From IMG/VR virus record IMGVR_UViG_3300025838_000023, positions 1-64,000 of that record: a stretch of DNA of 64,000 bases; one strand, given 5' to 3'. This DNA comes from a virus. Taxonomy: Duplodnaviria; Caudoviricetes. Position numbers and translations under genes: made by a program. A model generated the notes under the pieces. That model was given only the letters and a program-made list of their open reading frames with translations. It was not told where the DNA came from and did not search any database. Position 1 is the stretch's first letter, and each line of letters begins with the position of its first letter. Of this stretch, positions 30,310 to 40,784 are shown piece after piece.

Positions 30310-30776
30310 TTTATGACATTTCTAACCTTTGTCAATATTTTTCCTAGTTTATTTTTACCGTTACCAGTTTTGTAATTCACTCCCCATTCAGCATCCGACC
30401 ACCAATTCCGTTCCTCTAAATATTTGTCACCTGTAGATAACAATAATTTTTGTAATTCTTTGTTTTGAGTGAATTTTGCATATACAATATCAAACATTAC
30501 TTGTTCTTTAATTTCTTGCCAATCAGAACGAATATCGATTTTTTGTCCCCAATTTTTCACTTCCGATCCCGTCATATTATCAACAAAACTTGGATGTATT
30601 ATATAACTGTTATCTTTAGTTTTTGCCCATTGATAAGCATGTTCAGAACTTTTGAATGAATGCTCATAGATATTAACTAAACAAGGCCACATATTAGATA
30701 AAAACCTATAATCACCAAAGAAACCTCTGATATTATTTTCGTCATGGATGTATTCAAAACCTTCTGGAATTTTCAT
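30294..30776 (-). CDS. NADAR (YbiA) family N-glycosidase
   Basis: FLSN, SEHAYQ.AK, R.DW, AKFTQN..L..LL.TG, W.D..WG, G.N.LG. Confidence 0.9.
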   Translation of the reverse strand: MKIPEGFEYIHDENNIRGFFGDYRFLSNMWPCLVNIYEHSFKSSEHAYQWAKTKDNSYIIHPSFVDNMTGSEVKNWGQKIDIRSDWQEIKEQVMFDIVYAKFTQNKELQKLLLSTGDKYLEERNWWSDAEWGVNYKTGNGKNKLGKILTKVRNVIKWEAL

Positions 30777-31765
30777 TATACATACATCCCTTCTATTCCA
30801 AATTTCTTTAAGGTTCTTGCAGCAGATGATGATACATATTCGTATTCTCTATCGCAAATAATATATACCATGTTTAGCGGTTCCCCTTTAACATCTCGTA
30901 ATACATTTGCAAGATTCTGTTCATACGGTAGATCATCACCATTCCGCAATCCTCTAACTAACGTAATAGGATATGGTTTAGAATCAAGATATTTAGTTAA
31001 TAGAGTATCATAAGATTCAACCTGACGAAACACCACGGACTTCTTAATATCTTCTACTAATCCTTCAGGACTTTTTTCTTTATCAGAATTATACCCCGCA
31101 GCTAATATAACTTTATCGAAGATTTTTTCTGCCTTTTCTAGGATATTTCTATGGCCTATTGTGAATGGTGAAAATGACCCGGCAAACAGAGCAATGCGAG
31201 GAGTCCAAGAATTTAAAAAGTTGATTCTAGCATCCAAATTATTAGGAAGACCATCAAGTTTTGTTTTGAAATCTTCCAAAACTCTGATACGATTTTCTTT
31301 ATATACTATCCAATCTACAAACTGATATTCTTTAAAAATCGCTAATTCGTTTTTATAAATATCCGCATTAGGAATTAACAATCCTTTTAAATCCATTTTG
31401 ATATAATCCCATACATCAAGAGGCAAATCCGTATAGTGATTCCACTTATATTTGGTATATTCAATTAAATTCATAAGTTTTGGAATAAGTGCAAGATCAT
31501 TTTCGGTAAATTCAAAATAATTTATTAACCTATCAGTATTATCCAAAAAATCAATGCATGCAGTTTCATTATCTTTCTCCCAAGGAATGTAAATAAGATC
31601 ATGAAATGCTGCGAACAAAACTCCTAATGTATATTTTTCTTTATCATTAGGAAATTCCTCTTTCACCTGTTCATAAATATCCAAAATGTGCTCCTGATTA
31701 TGATAAAATCTGTATGGTTCATTCACCCGAGTTCCCACATATTCAAATAAAATGTTCACATTCAT
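30776..31765 (-). CDS. coaD: HD-domain hydrolase fused to phosphopantetheine adenylyltransferase
   Basis: YH...H, FHD..Y, EY; then GSFSPFTIGH, LVRGLR..D..YE, YVSSS. Confidence 0.8.
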   Translation of the reverse strand: MNVNILFEYVGTRVNEPYRFYHNQEHILDIYEQVKEEFPNDKEKYTLGVLFAAFHDLIYIPWEKDNETACIDFLDNTDRLINYFEFTENDLALIPKLMNLIEYTKYKWNHYTDLPLDVWDYIKMDLKGLLIPNADIYKNELAIFKEYQFVDWIVYKENRIRVLEDFKTKLDGLPNNLDARINFLNSWTPRIALFAGSFSPFTIGHRNILEKAEKIFDKVILAAGYNSDKEKSPEGLVEDIKKSVVFRQVESYDTLLTKYLDSKPYPITLVRGLRNGDDLPYEQNLANVLRDVKGEPLNMVYIICDREYEYVSSSAARTLKKFGIEGMYV

Positions 31766-31880
31766 AGTGGTATATTACCAAAAAATTGAAGTTTTGCAAG
31801 ACTTATTTTTCAAAATGCGTAGATAATTTGAATTTAATCATCACAAAAAATGATAAATATAAACAAGGTATATACTGATT

Positions 31881-32801
31881 ATGAAGAAAATAAAAGATTT
31901 AACGGGACAAAAATTTAATAAATTAACTGTTATAAAAATGGCACCAAGAACTGCTGGAAAGAAAATTTTGTGGGTATGTGAATGTGATTGTGCAAATAAA
32001 ACTCACGTATTAGTAAATCGGAGCAATTTAATTAGAAACCTGCAAAAATCTTGTGGATGTCTAAGAAAAACCCAAAACGAATTATTAGCAGGAAAAACAT
32101 TTGGAAAATTATTAGTATTAAATATTAATACTAAAACAAAAAAAGATGCAATGGGTAGCACATTTTGGGATTGTAAATGTGAATGCGGAAAAATTATAAG
32201 TTTGCCAACATATTTATTAACCAGATCATATAACTCAAGAACATGTTGTGGTTGTGAATCTTTAGAAAGAATTCGGTCACATAAAATAATAAATTTAGAT
32301 GGACAAATTTTTGGAAAATTAACAGCAATTAAACGTATGCCAGTATCCAAACGTGGGCAATTTTATTTATGTCGATGTGAATGTAAAAAAGAAGTTATAA
32401 TTAGAGTAGATGCACTTAGAGAAGGTAGAGCACAATCATGTGGATGTATGAAAATGTCCATACACGAACAAATAATTTATAATATATTATATAATCTTAA
32501 TGTCGATTTTGGAACTCAATATAGTTTTGATAATTGTAGATATAGTAGAAAAAATAGATTAAGATTTGACTTTAATGTTTTTAATAACGGAAAACTACAT
32601 CTTATTGAATATCACGGCAAACAACATTATGAATCCGTGATATGTTGGGGTGGAGAAGATACATTTAAAATAAACAACATTAGAGATAAAATAAAATTAG
32701 ATTATTGTAAGGATAATAATATACCATTATTAATTATTCCATATACAATAAAAAATAGTGAAATAAAAAATATAATTTCCAAATTTTTATTTACGACTTA
32801 A
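31881..32801 (+). CDS. Homing-endonuclease-like protein (Zn-ribbon repeats plus PD-(D/E)XK domain)
   Basis: 3x L.G..FGKL..C.C.C..CGC; RFDF..IEYHG.QHY..RD..K; lone + strand gene. Confidence 0.75.
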   Translation: MKKIKDLTGQKFNKLTVIKMAPRTAGKKILWVCECDCANKTHVLVNRSNLIRNLQKSCGCLRKTQNELLAGKTFGKLLVLNINTKTKKDAMGSTFWDCKCECGKIISLPTYLLTRSYNSRTCCGCESLERIRSHKIINLDGQIFGKLTAIKRMPVSKRGQFYLCRCECKKEVIIRVDALREGRAQSCGCMKMSIHEQIIYNILYNLNVDFGTQYSFDNCRYSRKNRLRFDFNVFNNGKLHLIEYHGKQHYESVICWGGEDTFKINNIRDKIKLDYCKDNNIPLLIIPYTIKNSEIKNIISKFLFTT

Positions 32802-34404
32802 CATTTTTATTAAACCCCTCAGTAGTAATGAAATATAATTCCTTTTTTGCTCTAGTAACTGCAACATATTCTATGTTTTTTTCTTGTTTCAAATGGTGTT
32901 CTAACCTTGCATATTTAGAAGGCATATACTTCTCTTTATCTAAAATAAAAACTCTATCATATTCCATACCTTTCGCTCGGTGACAAGTAGATAATGTTAA
33001 TAAATTAGTATCTGTATCATCAAACATTCGAGTAATAAAATCCATCAATTTTATTACTGATCCATCCTGCATTTTTGATATAATATTTAAAATACAAGTT
33101 ACATTATCTTCTACATTTAATGCTGCCATAGGATTCTTACGTTCTATATATTTAGCTTTTTCTTTTTCCATATATACAACCAAATCCGATTTTAATTCTA
33201 GTAATGTATTCGCACTTTGTTTTTTAATAATAGTGATCAAATTTGCACCAATATCTTTACCAACAATTCTGCATCCAACTCCATTAACAATTAAATTATA
33301 TGCTAATCCAACTAATGGTGCAGTATTTCTACAAAGTATAACGTCACTATTAGTAAAAAAATTTACACCATAACTGTTCAAACATTCGACAATTCCTTCT
33401 TCTGCATCTTCTTTATATTGAATTTCTGGTACCATTTTTTGTGCTAATTGAACCACACTTTTTGGGCAACGATAAGAAATAGATAATGGTAGAACTTTAC
33501 AATTAAAAGATTCTTTAATGATATTCATAGAATTTACATCCGCTCCACGAAATTGGTAAATTCCCTGGTTACAATCTCCTACAAAAATTGCTCTACCATC
33601 TGGAGTTAGTATTTTCTTAACAATTTCAATTTGGCATGAGTTTACATCTTGCGCTTCATCAACTAATATCCAACTATACTTCGGAAATTTTATTTTATGA
33701 TATAAGCTAAGATAAATCAAATCATCAAAATCCACACTTTCTCTTCCTTCCTTTGTCGAAATACTCAATACTTGTTGGGAAATTTCAATAGCTCTTTTTT
33801 CTGACAACATGGTATCTTCTAATGTTAAATCTTGATGCGCAATTAAATCATACCAAGATTCCTCTTCATCAGGTATTAACACTCCAATTCCTACATTCTT
33901 TGCTAACGATACCAGTTTAGTAACATATCGAATATATTTTCTTTCTTCTTTACCTTTTAGTAATCCACTTGTAATATTGTAGACTTTGTATATATCTAAA
34001 TTTAATTTTGAAACTCTATAAAAATCTTGCAATGCACCATAACAAATTGAATGGAAAGTTTTTGATAATACATTGTTTGGAACACGAGTAGATAGATATT
34101 CTGCAATGTTTTTATTGAATGCTAAAAATAAAGCTTTTTGCCTACGAGGGAAATTCTTTGCAATCATTAACAATACTGTAGATTTCCCTGAACCTGCAAC
34201 TGCTTCAATTATTGCACAACCTTTTCCATTCTCTGCAAAATCAAAAATCGCTTTCTGGTAATCGGAAGGAATGAATACAGTTGGTAAAGGGGCTATAATG
34301 TCCTTTGTATTGTGTATTGGCGTGTCTGTGCGTCTTGGTGCCTTTGGAGGTCGTACATAGGGCTTTGCGGGTCGCCTTTCGCCTTTTAATTTATATTCTC
34401 TCAT
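32791..34404 (-). CDS. UvrD/Rep-like SF1 helicase
   Basis: AGSGKS, TFHS, VDEAQD, VGD.NQ.IY.FRGA, SYRCP, HRAKG.E, YVA.TRA. Confidence 0.92.
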   Translation of the reverse strand: MREYKLKGERRPAKPYVRPPKAPRRTDTPIHNTKDIIAPLPTVFIPSDYQKAIFDFAENGKGCAIIEAVAGSGKSTVLLMIAKNFPRRQKALFLAFNKNIAEYLSTRVPNNVLSKTFHSICYGALQDFYRVSKLNLDIYKVYNITSGLLKGKEERKYIRYVTKLVSLAKNVGIGVLIPDEEESWYDLIAHQDLTLEDTMLSEKRAIEISQQVLSISTKEGRESVDFDDLIYLSLYHKIKFPKYSWILVDEAQDVNSCQIEIVKKILTPDGRAIFVGDCNQGIYQFRGADVNSMNIIKESFNCKVLPLSISYRCPKSVVQLAQKMVPEIQYKEDAEEGIVECLNSYGVNFFTNSDVILCRNTAPLVGLAYNLIVNGVGCRIVGKDIGANLITIIKKQSANTLLELKSDLVVYMEKEKAKYIERKNPMAALNVEDNVTCILNIISKMQDGSVIKLMDFITRMFDDTDTNLLTLSTCHRAKGMEYDRVFILDKEKYMPSKYARLEHHLKQEKNIEYVAVTRAKKELYFITTEGFNKNVKS

Positions 34405-34416
34405 TTAGAATTATAT

Positions 34417-34809
34417 TTAATCACAATCATTTAACTCGTTATCGGTATAATGATAATACTCGATATATTCTTCTTTTTTAAATTCTATAGGTAATTTCAA
34501 ATACCTTTCATAATACATAGGTGCGCTCATCATTCCACAATTACAAACAAATCTATATTGAGTAATTTCAAAACCAACTTCAGGATACGGATTATGACAT
34601 TCCATTCTTGTTGATATTTCTCCACAAAAAGGACACATCATCTGTTCATTAAACCAACGTTCTTTATTTCTTCGTTCCACTTCCTCATAAAGAGGAATAC
34701 AACTTAAAGAATTATTGGTTTTCTCACAATATTTGATCGAATTAATAAGATGCAAATCCTCCATATCTTTAATATCCATCACAGAACCTTCTTTAGTTTT
34801 CCATTTCAT
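34417..34809 (-). CDS. Hypothetical zinc-ribbon protein
   Basis: Start corrected to MKWKTKEG; CPFCG. Confidence 0.55.
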   Translation of the reverse strand: MKWKTKEGSVMDIKDMEDLHLINSIKYCEKTNNSLSCIPLYEEVERRNKERWFNEQMMCPFCGEISTRMECHNPYPEVGFEITQYRFVCNCGMMSAPMYYERYLKLPIEFKKEEYIEYYHYTDNELNDCD

Positions 34810-34810
34810 A

Positions 34811-35035
34811 TTAATCGTATTCCACCCACCATGAAACACCACAATGAGGACAAGTATATTTATCATCCGCCCCGTCCCAAGAAGATACTGAGGTTGCATC
34901 TCCATGATATACTCGCAAGCCATTCCGTATCTTATCCTTCTTTGGTTCTTCTTTGATGCATTTAATCCATAAAGTTCCATCTTTATAGGTTTCGATTGGT
35001 GCTATATATTTTTGTTCTAATTTGTTATTTTCCAT
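34811..35035 (-). CDS. Small zinc-ribbon protein
   Basis: CPHCG. Confidence 0.5.
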   Translation of the reverse strand: MENNKLEQKYIAPIETYKDGTLWIKCIKEEPKKDKIRNGLRVYHGDATSVSSWDGADDKYTCPHCGVSWWVEYD

Positions 35036-35843
35036 TTTTGTAATCCTCCCATGCAATTTCACTAACTCGCTTTACAATAGCTTCTTTATCATTTGCGTAT
35101 AATCCTGCTGATGAAAAACTAGTTAACTCCATCAACCAAAAATTTCCATCATTATCTTCTACTACATCCACGCAAAATACTGAATCTGGAAAATACCCCA
35201 CAGATAAAATTTCTTCACAGAATTCTCTAGCCTTTGGTGGAGCGGATGGAATTTGAGTTGCTAACCCCTGATATCTGTAAGAAGAAACGCTAATTATCTC
35301 CTTATGTCGAGTGCAAACAAATCTCCACTCACCACGAATGTTCTTAGGAATAGAAATAATTGCCAAATCGTTTTTGTATGATTCGAATTCTTCAAAAAAT
35401 CCAGTTGTATCATTTAAATCCAGTATTCCACCCTTAAATGTTTTGTCGCCAGTATCAGGACGAATGAAAATACAAGCTTCCTTTCCAAAGATTGCATAAA
35501 ATTGATACAATCTTCTTTTCAATTCAGATAGTGGAACCATTACATAATTATCGTTGAACAAATACTTACCAAAATGAGGGTAATATTTCGAACAATAATA
35601 GTTATCCCAATTACAATAAAGAATAGGATAATTGTTGTTACTTGATAATTGTTTATTTACTAATTTGCACATTTCAATACTACCATTAAATACCACACAT
35701 TCGTTTTTATAATGTGAAATATCATTGTGTGCAAAATCCCCTTTAATATCTTGTACAGGGAATCCTAGTTTTTTAGCAGCATCTGATAGTTGCAAAAAAC
35801 TTTCTTCTTTTGCCAAATTTTCAATAATCCAATTAACTTTCAT
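35025..35843 (-). CDS. ATP-grasp protein, R2K/DUF4343-like
   Basis: FIRP...K.F.G, EWRFV, VDV, ELTSFSSAGLY. Confidence 0.75.
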   Translation of the reverse strand: MKVNWIIENLAKEESFLQLSDAAKKLGFPVQDIKGDFAHNDISHYKNECVVFNGSIEMCKLVNKQLSSNNNYPILYCNWDNYYCSKYYPHFGKYLFNDNYVMVPLSELKRRLYQFYAIFGKEACIFIRPDTGDKTFKGGILDLNDTTGFFEEFESYKNDLAIISIPKNIRGEWRFVCTRHKEIISVSSYRYQGLATQIPSAPPKAREFCEEILSVGYFPDSVFCVDVVEDNDGNFWLMELTSFSSAGLYANDKEAIVKRVSEIAWEDYKNGK

Positions 35844-36123
35844 AATTTTTATAACTTTCAGAAATTTCTTTATACCGTTCAATCATATTTTTTGTTAGTA
35901 GTTCATATGTTTTGTCAGAAAAATTTAGTAATGGCATAGCATAAGTAATAGGTTGTGAATTTCCATCAATAACTACTCGTATCCTTCCCATCATACAACC
36001 ACAAAAATATGATTTATCGGATACCCAAACATCACAAATCTTTTTAGTTTCGGTATTAAAAGCTACATGTTCGGTATCTATATTAAAATTATCAAGATTG
36101 TATTCATCAATTTTTTGTAACAT
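35833..36123 (-). CDS. Hypothetical protein
   Basis: ORF in run. Confidence 0.5.
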   Translation of the reverse strand: MLQKIDEYNLDNFNIDTEHVAFNTETKKICDVWVSDKSYFCGCMMGRIRVVIDGNSQPITYAMPLLNFSDKTYELLTKNMIERYKEISESYKNYES

Positions 36124-36292
36124 TTAAATCCTTTTCTAATTTTTTTAATCGAGTTATTTCATGTTTCATGGATTTATAATAACTTTCACTCAAAATTATA
36201 ACTTCGCTACCTTCTTCGAATCCAGAACAATCTTCTTCTCCAGCTACAAAGGTTCCACTTTCTATATATTCAGCTTTAATTACTTTTTTCAT
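36107..36292 (-). CDS. Hypothetical protein
   Basis: ORF in run. Confidence 0.5.
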   Translation of the reverse strand: MKKVIKAEYIESGTFVAGEEDCSGFEEGSEVIILSESYYKSMKHEITRLKKLEKDLNVTKN

Positions 36293-36545
36293 AAAGATTT
36301 TCTCCTACTCTATATTCTAGTGTTGCAAATTCTCTCCCCCAACGCTTTAATGCCCATGACCACAATCTCCGCATTATCAAATTAGAATCTCTTTTCCCTG
36401 CCCTTGTAGATGATCCAGTAAATTCAGTATGGCTATCAACAACATTCAGCGCATATGCAATTTCAGCAAAGGAATCTGCCTCTGCTCTATGTAATGCTTT
36501 TATAGCTCGATAACAAAATTTTGAATTAGGAAATACTTTTTTCAT
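36276..36545 (-). CDS. Hypothetical protein
   Basis: ORF in run. Confidence 0.5.
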   Translation of the reverse strand: MKKVFPNSKFCYRAIKALHRAEADSFAEIAYALNVVDSHTEFTGSSTRAGKRDSNLIMRRLWSWALKRWGREFATLEYRVGENLYEKSN

Positions 36546-36903
36546 TGCGATTCTTAATTATAACGAACTTTCCAGATGTTTCAAGAGATTTATCTTCTTT
36601 TTTTATCATATCAATCGGATGGTGAACTGCTCTACCACCAAAAGCAGTATCTTCATATAAAAACTGAGAGTTGCTAATAGGCGCAGAAGGCAGAAATTTT
36701 ATCTTAATTCCACTTTGCTTAATCGACTCGCAAAATTTCTCTCCTAACTTTTTAAAACATTCTTTCTGTTCATCAGTTAAATGGGAATCGTCCATTATTT
36801 TATATACAGGATCAGGAAAAAAGGGATAAGGATATGGTTCCTTTTCCTTATTCTTATCCAACATTTCCTCTATCTCTGCAATCGTTATAGAATCGTTTTT
36901 CAT
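36526..36903 (-). CDS. Hypothetical protein
   Basis: ORF in run. Confidence 0.5.
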   Translation of the reverse strand: MKNDSITIAEIEEMLDKNKEKEPYPYPFFPDPVYKIMDDSHLTDEQKECFKKLGEKFCESIKQSGIKIKFLPSAPISNSQFLYEDTAFGGRAVHHPIDMIKKEDKSLETSGKFVIIKNRNEKSIS

Positions 36904-37160
36904 TTCTTATAAAAAGGATTATCCATTAAATGTTCTGTTAATCTACTAAAATAATGTTTTATACATATAGGGAGTTTGCAGTATTCTAAAATCTTCTCCA
37001 AGCACATTACAATTAAAAACGAAGGCATGAATATCCAACAAAGAAACAACATCAATAAATCTTCTCCGGTAACTTTTGGAGAATTTTTCATAACATCTCT
37101 CCATACCAATGTTCCAACAACTAGTGCAAATATTGAATATGTAATTAAATAGTAGTTCAT
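36900..37160 (-). CDS. Small membrane protein
   Basis: Two hydrophobic segments. Confidence 0.5.
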   Translation of the reverse strand: MNYYLITYSIFALVVGTLVWRDVMKNSPKVTGEDLLMLFLCWIFMPSFLIVMCLEKILEYCKLPICIKHYFSRLTEHLMDNPFYKK

Positions 37161-37378
37161 GCTTTTGTTTTCTTTTTTATTGTTAAATCATCTATCACAT
37201 TTTTAGTAACATCATCCAATACAGTTTCAATAAAAGTTCTTTGTCTGTTTGTCAATCCTTTGGTTTTAATATGGGTTACTAATGTATTGCAAAAATATAC
37301 CTCCATCCCTTCATAACTAAATATATTCTCAAATAACATTAATAGACATCTGTTATCAGCAACTTTAAAATCTTTCAT
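37157..37378 (-). CDS. Hypothetical protein
   Basis: ORF in run. Confidence 0.5.
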   Translation of the reverse strand: MKDFKVADNRCLLMLFENIFSYEGMEVYFCNTLVTHIKTKGLTNRQRTFIETVLDDVTKNVIDDLTIKKKTKA

Positions 37379-37384
37379 ATTAAT

Positions 37385-37822
37385 CTACTTTAAAAGTTCA
37401 GGATTCTCAAAAATATTTCCAATAACGGTATCCCAATATAATACACCAAACTTTCGATGAGAAAATGTATTTATATCATCATTACAAAACATTGGAACTT
37501 TAGCCACCTTTTCTTCTATACAGTAATGACCATTTGAAAATACCACAACTCCTATAAAGTCCGAAGTTTCTATAATATCGCCTTCGTAAATTTCTTTGTC
37601 GTTCTTATCTTTCAAACCAGTCCATTGCATTATTTTATAAGTGTCACTAGGAAAAGCTTTTAATTTCGCAATATTATAATTGCAATATAATCTCCCACTA
37701 GCAGAAACCATATTTTCAGAACCATATAACATTTCTTTGAACTCAATATCCCAAACTCTAAATTTAAATGGAATACATTCTTTCATTTGTTCCTCATTTT
37801 CATATCCATAAAAATTATTCAT
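37385..37822 (-). CDS. YopX-family protein
   Basis: KFRVWD, QWTGLKD..EIYEGDI, IGNIFENPELL. Confidence 0.85.
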   Translation of the reverse strand: MNNFYGYENEEQMKECIPFKFRVWDIEFKEMLYGSENMVSASGRLYCNYNIAKLKAFPSDTYKIMQWTGLKDKNDKEIYEGDIIETSDFIGVVVFSNGHYCIEEKVAKVPMFCNDDINTFSHRKFGVLYWDTVIGNIFENPELLK

Positions 37823-37823
37823 T

Positions 37824-38336
37824 TTATGCTACTTTCTCTATTGCTGCATTTATCGTATCTTCTAAAGTGCTATATATGATCCAATTTTTAGTATCCGCTT
37901 CTTTACCATGTTGCGTCCACATAATATCACCATACGCAATTCTATACGCATCATTAGGCCGACCATAAACCAACTTCTCACGATCTTTCGCAATCCAATA
38001 CCCAAACTCAAAATTTGTAGTAAGTGCAATCAATTCTCTCGTTCTCGCAATCCAAAATAAAATACAATCCGCTCTCTTCAACCCCTCGTTCTCCCACAAA
38101 GGAATGTCAAACTTACCTTTATCAGACTCCGTATTAGATGTGAACTCTGGAATAATAATAGTTCCATCAAAATTCGACTTCTGAAATATCTCTTCTGCCT
38201 TATACCTCCAAGATGGTTGTAAATGCAATTGATTACCTCTCACAGTCGGCCCCGCAAGAAATATTACCTTTCCTGTAACATTCTTCACAGTCTCAACAGG
38301 AGTTTCATATCTAAATGTAGTTGTCATAATTCCCAT
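37824..38336 (-). CDS. Nucleoside 2-deoxyribosyltransferase-like protein
   Basis: IFLAGP, SW, WE..GL..AD.ILFW, TT..EFG. Confidence 0.75.
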   Translation of the reverse strand: MGIMTTTFRYETPVETVKNVTGKVIFLAGPTVRGNQLHLQPSWRYKAEEIFQKSNFDGTIIIPEFTSNTESDKGKFDIPLWENEGLKRADCILFWIARTRELIALTTNFEFGYWIAKDREKLVYGRPNDAYRIAYGDIMWTQHGKEADTKNWIIYSTLEDTINAAIEKVA

Positions 38337-38371
38337 ACTTTAACAGATTCTATGGTTTTGTCAACGAAATT

Positions 38372-38935
38372 CTAATATGGAAATACATTTTTATCATAAT
38401 ACTTTTCTACTGCATTACGACAAAACATAATAGTATTTTCACTAACTGGTTTAAAATGCCATGCGTCAACTCCAACATTTATCATATTCTTCTGAACCTT
38501 CCACAATCCATGAATATGTCCTGTTATCGAAAATGACTTATCAATACAATTAGCAGGATAATGATTCAAATAAAATGACTTCCCTTGAACTTCTATCATA
38601 AAATCATCTTTAATAACATCAAAATACCTTCCTAACATTTTAAGCTTCGTCACATCTTCGTCATAATTTCCAATAATAAGCGTGAACGTAGATTTTGGAA
38701 ATTTATCACGCAACCATGACAATTCATTTATAGAATTTTTGTTGTTAAAATCATATACAACATCACCTAAATGTATAATCTCATCACCATCCACAAATCC
38801 TGATCTTATAACATTATCAATAATAACATAATCTTGTATTCCAATAGATGCAAACGGACGATAAAATAAGTTCGGATTTCCGTTAATCCCTATCCTATCT
38901 TCCCCTAAATGCCAATCTGATGTGAAGTATTTCAT
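38372..38935 (-). CDS. Calcineurin-like metallophosphoesterase
   Basis: SDWH, LGD, GNYD, HYP, GHIH, NVGVD. Confidence 0.85.
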   Translation of the reverse strand: MKYFTSDWHLGEDRIGINGNPNLFYRPFASIGIQDYVIIDNVIRSGFVDGDEIIHLGDVVYDFNNKNSINELSWLRDKFPKSTFTLIIGNYDEDVTKLKMLGRYFDVIKDDFMIEVQGKSFYLNHYPANCIDKSFSITGHIHGLWKVQKNMINVGVDAWHFKPVSENTIMFCRNAVEKYYDKNVFPY

Positions 38936-39158
38936 ATTAAGTATTTTTCATTTGTCAATCTTTATATGGGTCAAATTCGCTCGCTCCTGCCATTACGACA
39001 CGTTACTTTTTGTTATACATATTTTTTCATCAAATATCCCATTCGCGTATGAATGTAAATTTCCTGTTGTTATATCTCCCACCAAAGGATGAAGTTTTAA
39101 TGTTTCAACGTTCTTTTCTATGTAATCTATTATATCATGTATTTCTTTTCTCATAATT

Positions 39159-39350
39159 TTATTTTTCCTTTTTTTCGTAATCCAAAGTCATGTTAAGATG
39201 CACCCAATTAGTAGGTTCATGCATAAGGCAAACTGGAACATCTTCGGATTTCATCATAAAGTTTGGGAAATCGTCAGGAGTAACAATTTGAAGGTGGATT
39301 CCATGTTTTGCTAATGCTTCGACTAATCCATAAGCAGGAATATCAGGCAT
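39159..39350 (-). CDS. Hypothetical protein
   Basis: ORF. Confidence 0.45.
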   Translation of the reverse strand: MPDIPAYGLVEALAKHGIHLQIVTPDDFPNFMMKSEDVPVCLMHEPTNWVHLNMTLDYEKKEK

Positions 39351-39390
39351 ATCTAATCCTGTTATAAATTTTGGTAAGTTTTCGGTTATA

Positions 39391-39582
39391 TTAAAATCTA
39401 AAAAAATTCACAAGTTCTTCGGAAGGATTTTTTATTTCCATATAAGATTCTGGACTACATTTTGGGCAGAGTCGAGCTTCCTCAATCTGTTTATATAAGG
39501 TTTCTTGAAATTTGACTATACCTTCTTGGCTAGTTACATTATAATAGCAATTTGGACAAGAATCATGGTATCGTTCACTCAT
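39391..39582 (-). CDS. Small CxxC protein
   Basis: CPNC...CPKC. Confidence 0.45.
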   Translation of the reverse strand: MSERYHDSCPNCYYNVTSQEGIVKFQETLYKQIEEARLCPKCSPESYMEIKNPSEELVNFFRF

Positions 39583-39761
39583 ATTATAAATTCCTTTCCA
39601 CAACGTTTACAAGTATGGGTATAAAAGTGCCAAGGTTCTCCAATTTTCGAATCTGGATAATCATGGTAATCATTCCAATTTTGTTTTCCCTTGGACATTT
39701 CACATATTATATTATCATTAAATCTAAATAATGCAATTAGTGTTTTTATTAATTTTTTCAT
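39579..39761 (-). CDS. Small hypothetical protein
   Basis: HDYPD...CKRCG. Confidence 0.5.
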   Translation of the reverse strand: MKKLIKTLIALFRFNDNIICEMSKGKQNWNDYHDYPDSKIGEPWHFYTHTCKRCGKEFII

Positions 39762-40777
39762 ATAATTTTTCTCCGTTTATCTATACATCCTGCAATTTTA
39801 CCCATTTTAAATCTTTTTTGATAATTTTTTATTGTTCCTATCGGTATATTCATTTTTTTAGATACCTCAGTAGCTAACATAAATTTCAAATTTTCGTATA
39901 TTTTTTCTTTTATTTCATTGGTATATACTGGATATATATGTCCTTTTCTAGTTTTTTTAGGAATTAAAGATTTCTCATATATCTGTTTAAATATATTATG
40001 TTTTCTATCTAAGAATATGCCACAATTAGAATATAAAAACATATATATTTTTGCTATTTGTTGCACTCCACTAATACCTAACCGCCCAATAACTTTAGAT
40101 TTCTTTTTTCTATAAATATGACATCTACTCATTCCTAATTTAGTATTTAAATAATCATCATACATTTTTAAAAATTTCAAATTTGCGGTTAAATCAAACG
40201 ATTCTTTTCCGTGTTTATTACTAATACTACCGTCTCCATCGAAACATCCTAATAAAAAAGATGACATATATTCTTCAGGTAATTTAGGCATTAATATAGT
40301 ATCTGATTTATTAGGGAACAATCCTAATTTCTCTAAGCTTTTTCTAAACTTTTCATTCGTCACACTAAAAGATATAGAAGGATAACCTTTATTTTTTATT
40401 TTTGCAATATATTTTTTGATAGGTGCATTACTTTCTATTGATAGTTTAAACTTTTCTAAATGTTTGATATCCTTAATACTCAAATTTATTATTACCGCAT
40501 TACTATTTTTTCTCAAGTTTCCATCTGCATAAATAAACCCTAACCAATACGCCTTTTCATTACAATCTATATCCTCAAAATATTTTTCATTAACTATATA
40601 TTTAGAATGTGCTTCGGAATGAGTTCGTAACTTAATATTATTACCTAACAATCTTCTTTTAATAGTTCCTGCAAAACATCCACACATTTTAGCAAGTTCA
40701 TTTTGAGATATCTTTTCATCAACATAAAGCCTTACAATTTCTTCGGTTTTAAGTTTTAATGTTTTTCTAGTTTTCAT
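39758..40777 (-). CDS. Free-standing LAGLIDADG homing endonuclease with HTH
   Basis: AYWLGFIYADG and FLLGCFDGDGS. Confidence 0.88.
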   Translation of the reverse strand: MKTRKTLKLKTEEIVRLYVDEKISQNELAKMCGCFAGTIKRRLLGNNIKLRTHSEAHSKYIVNEKYFEDIDCNEKAYWLGFIYADGNLRKNSNAVIINLSIKDIKHLEKFKLSIESNAPIKKYIAKIKNKGYPSISFSVTNEKFRKSLEKLGLFPNKSDTILMPKLPEEYMSSFLLGCFDGDGSISNKHGKESFDLTANLKFLKMYDDYLNTKLGMSRCHIYRKKKSKVIGRLGISGVQQIAKIYMFLYSNCGIFLDRKHNIFKQIYEKSLIPKKTRKGHIYPVYTNEIKEKIYENLKFMLATEVSKKMNIPIGTIKNYQKRFKMGKIAGCIDKRRKII

Positions 40778-40784
40778 TTCAATA

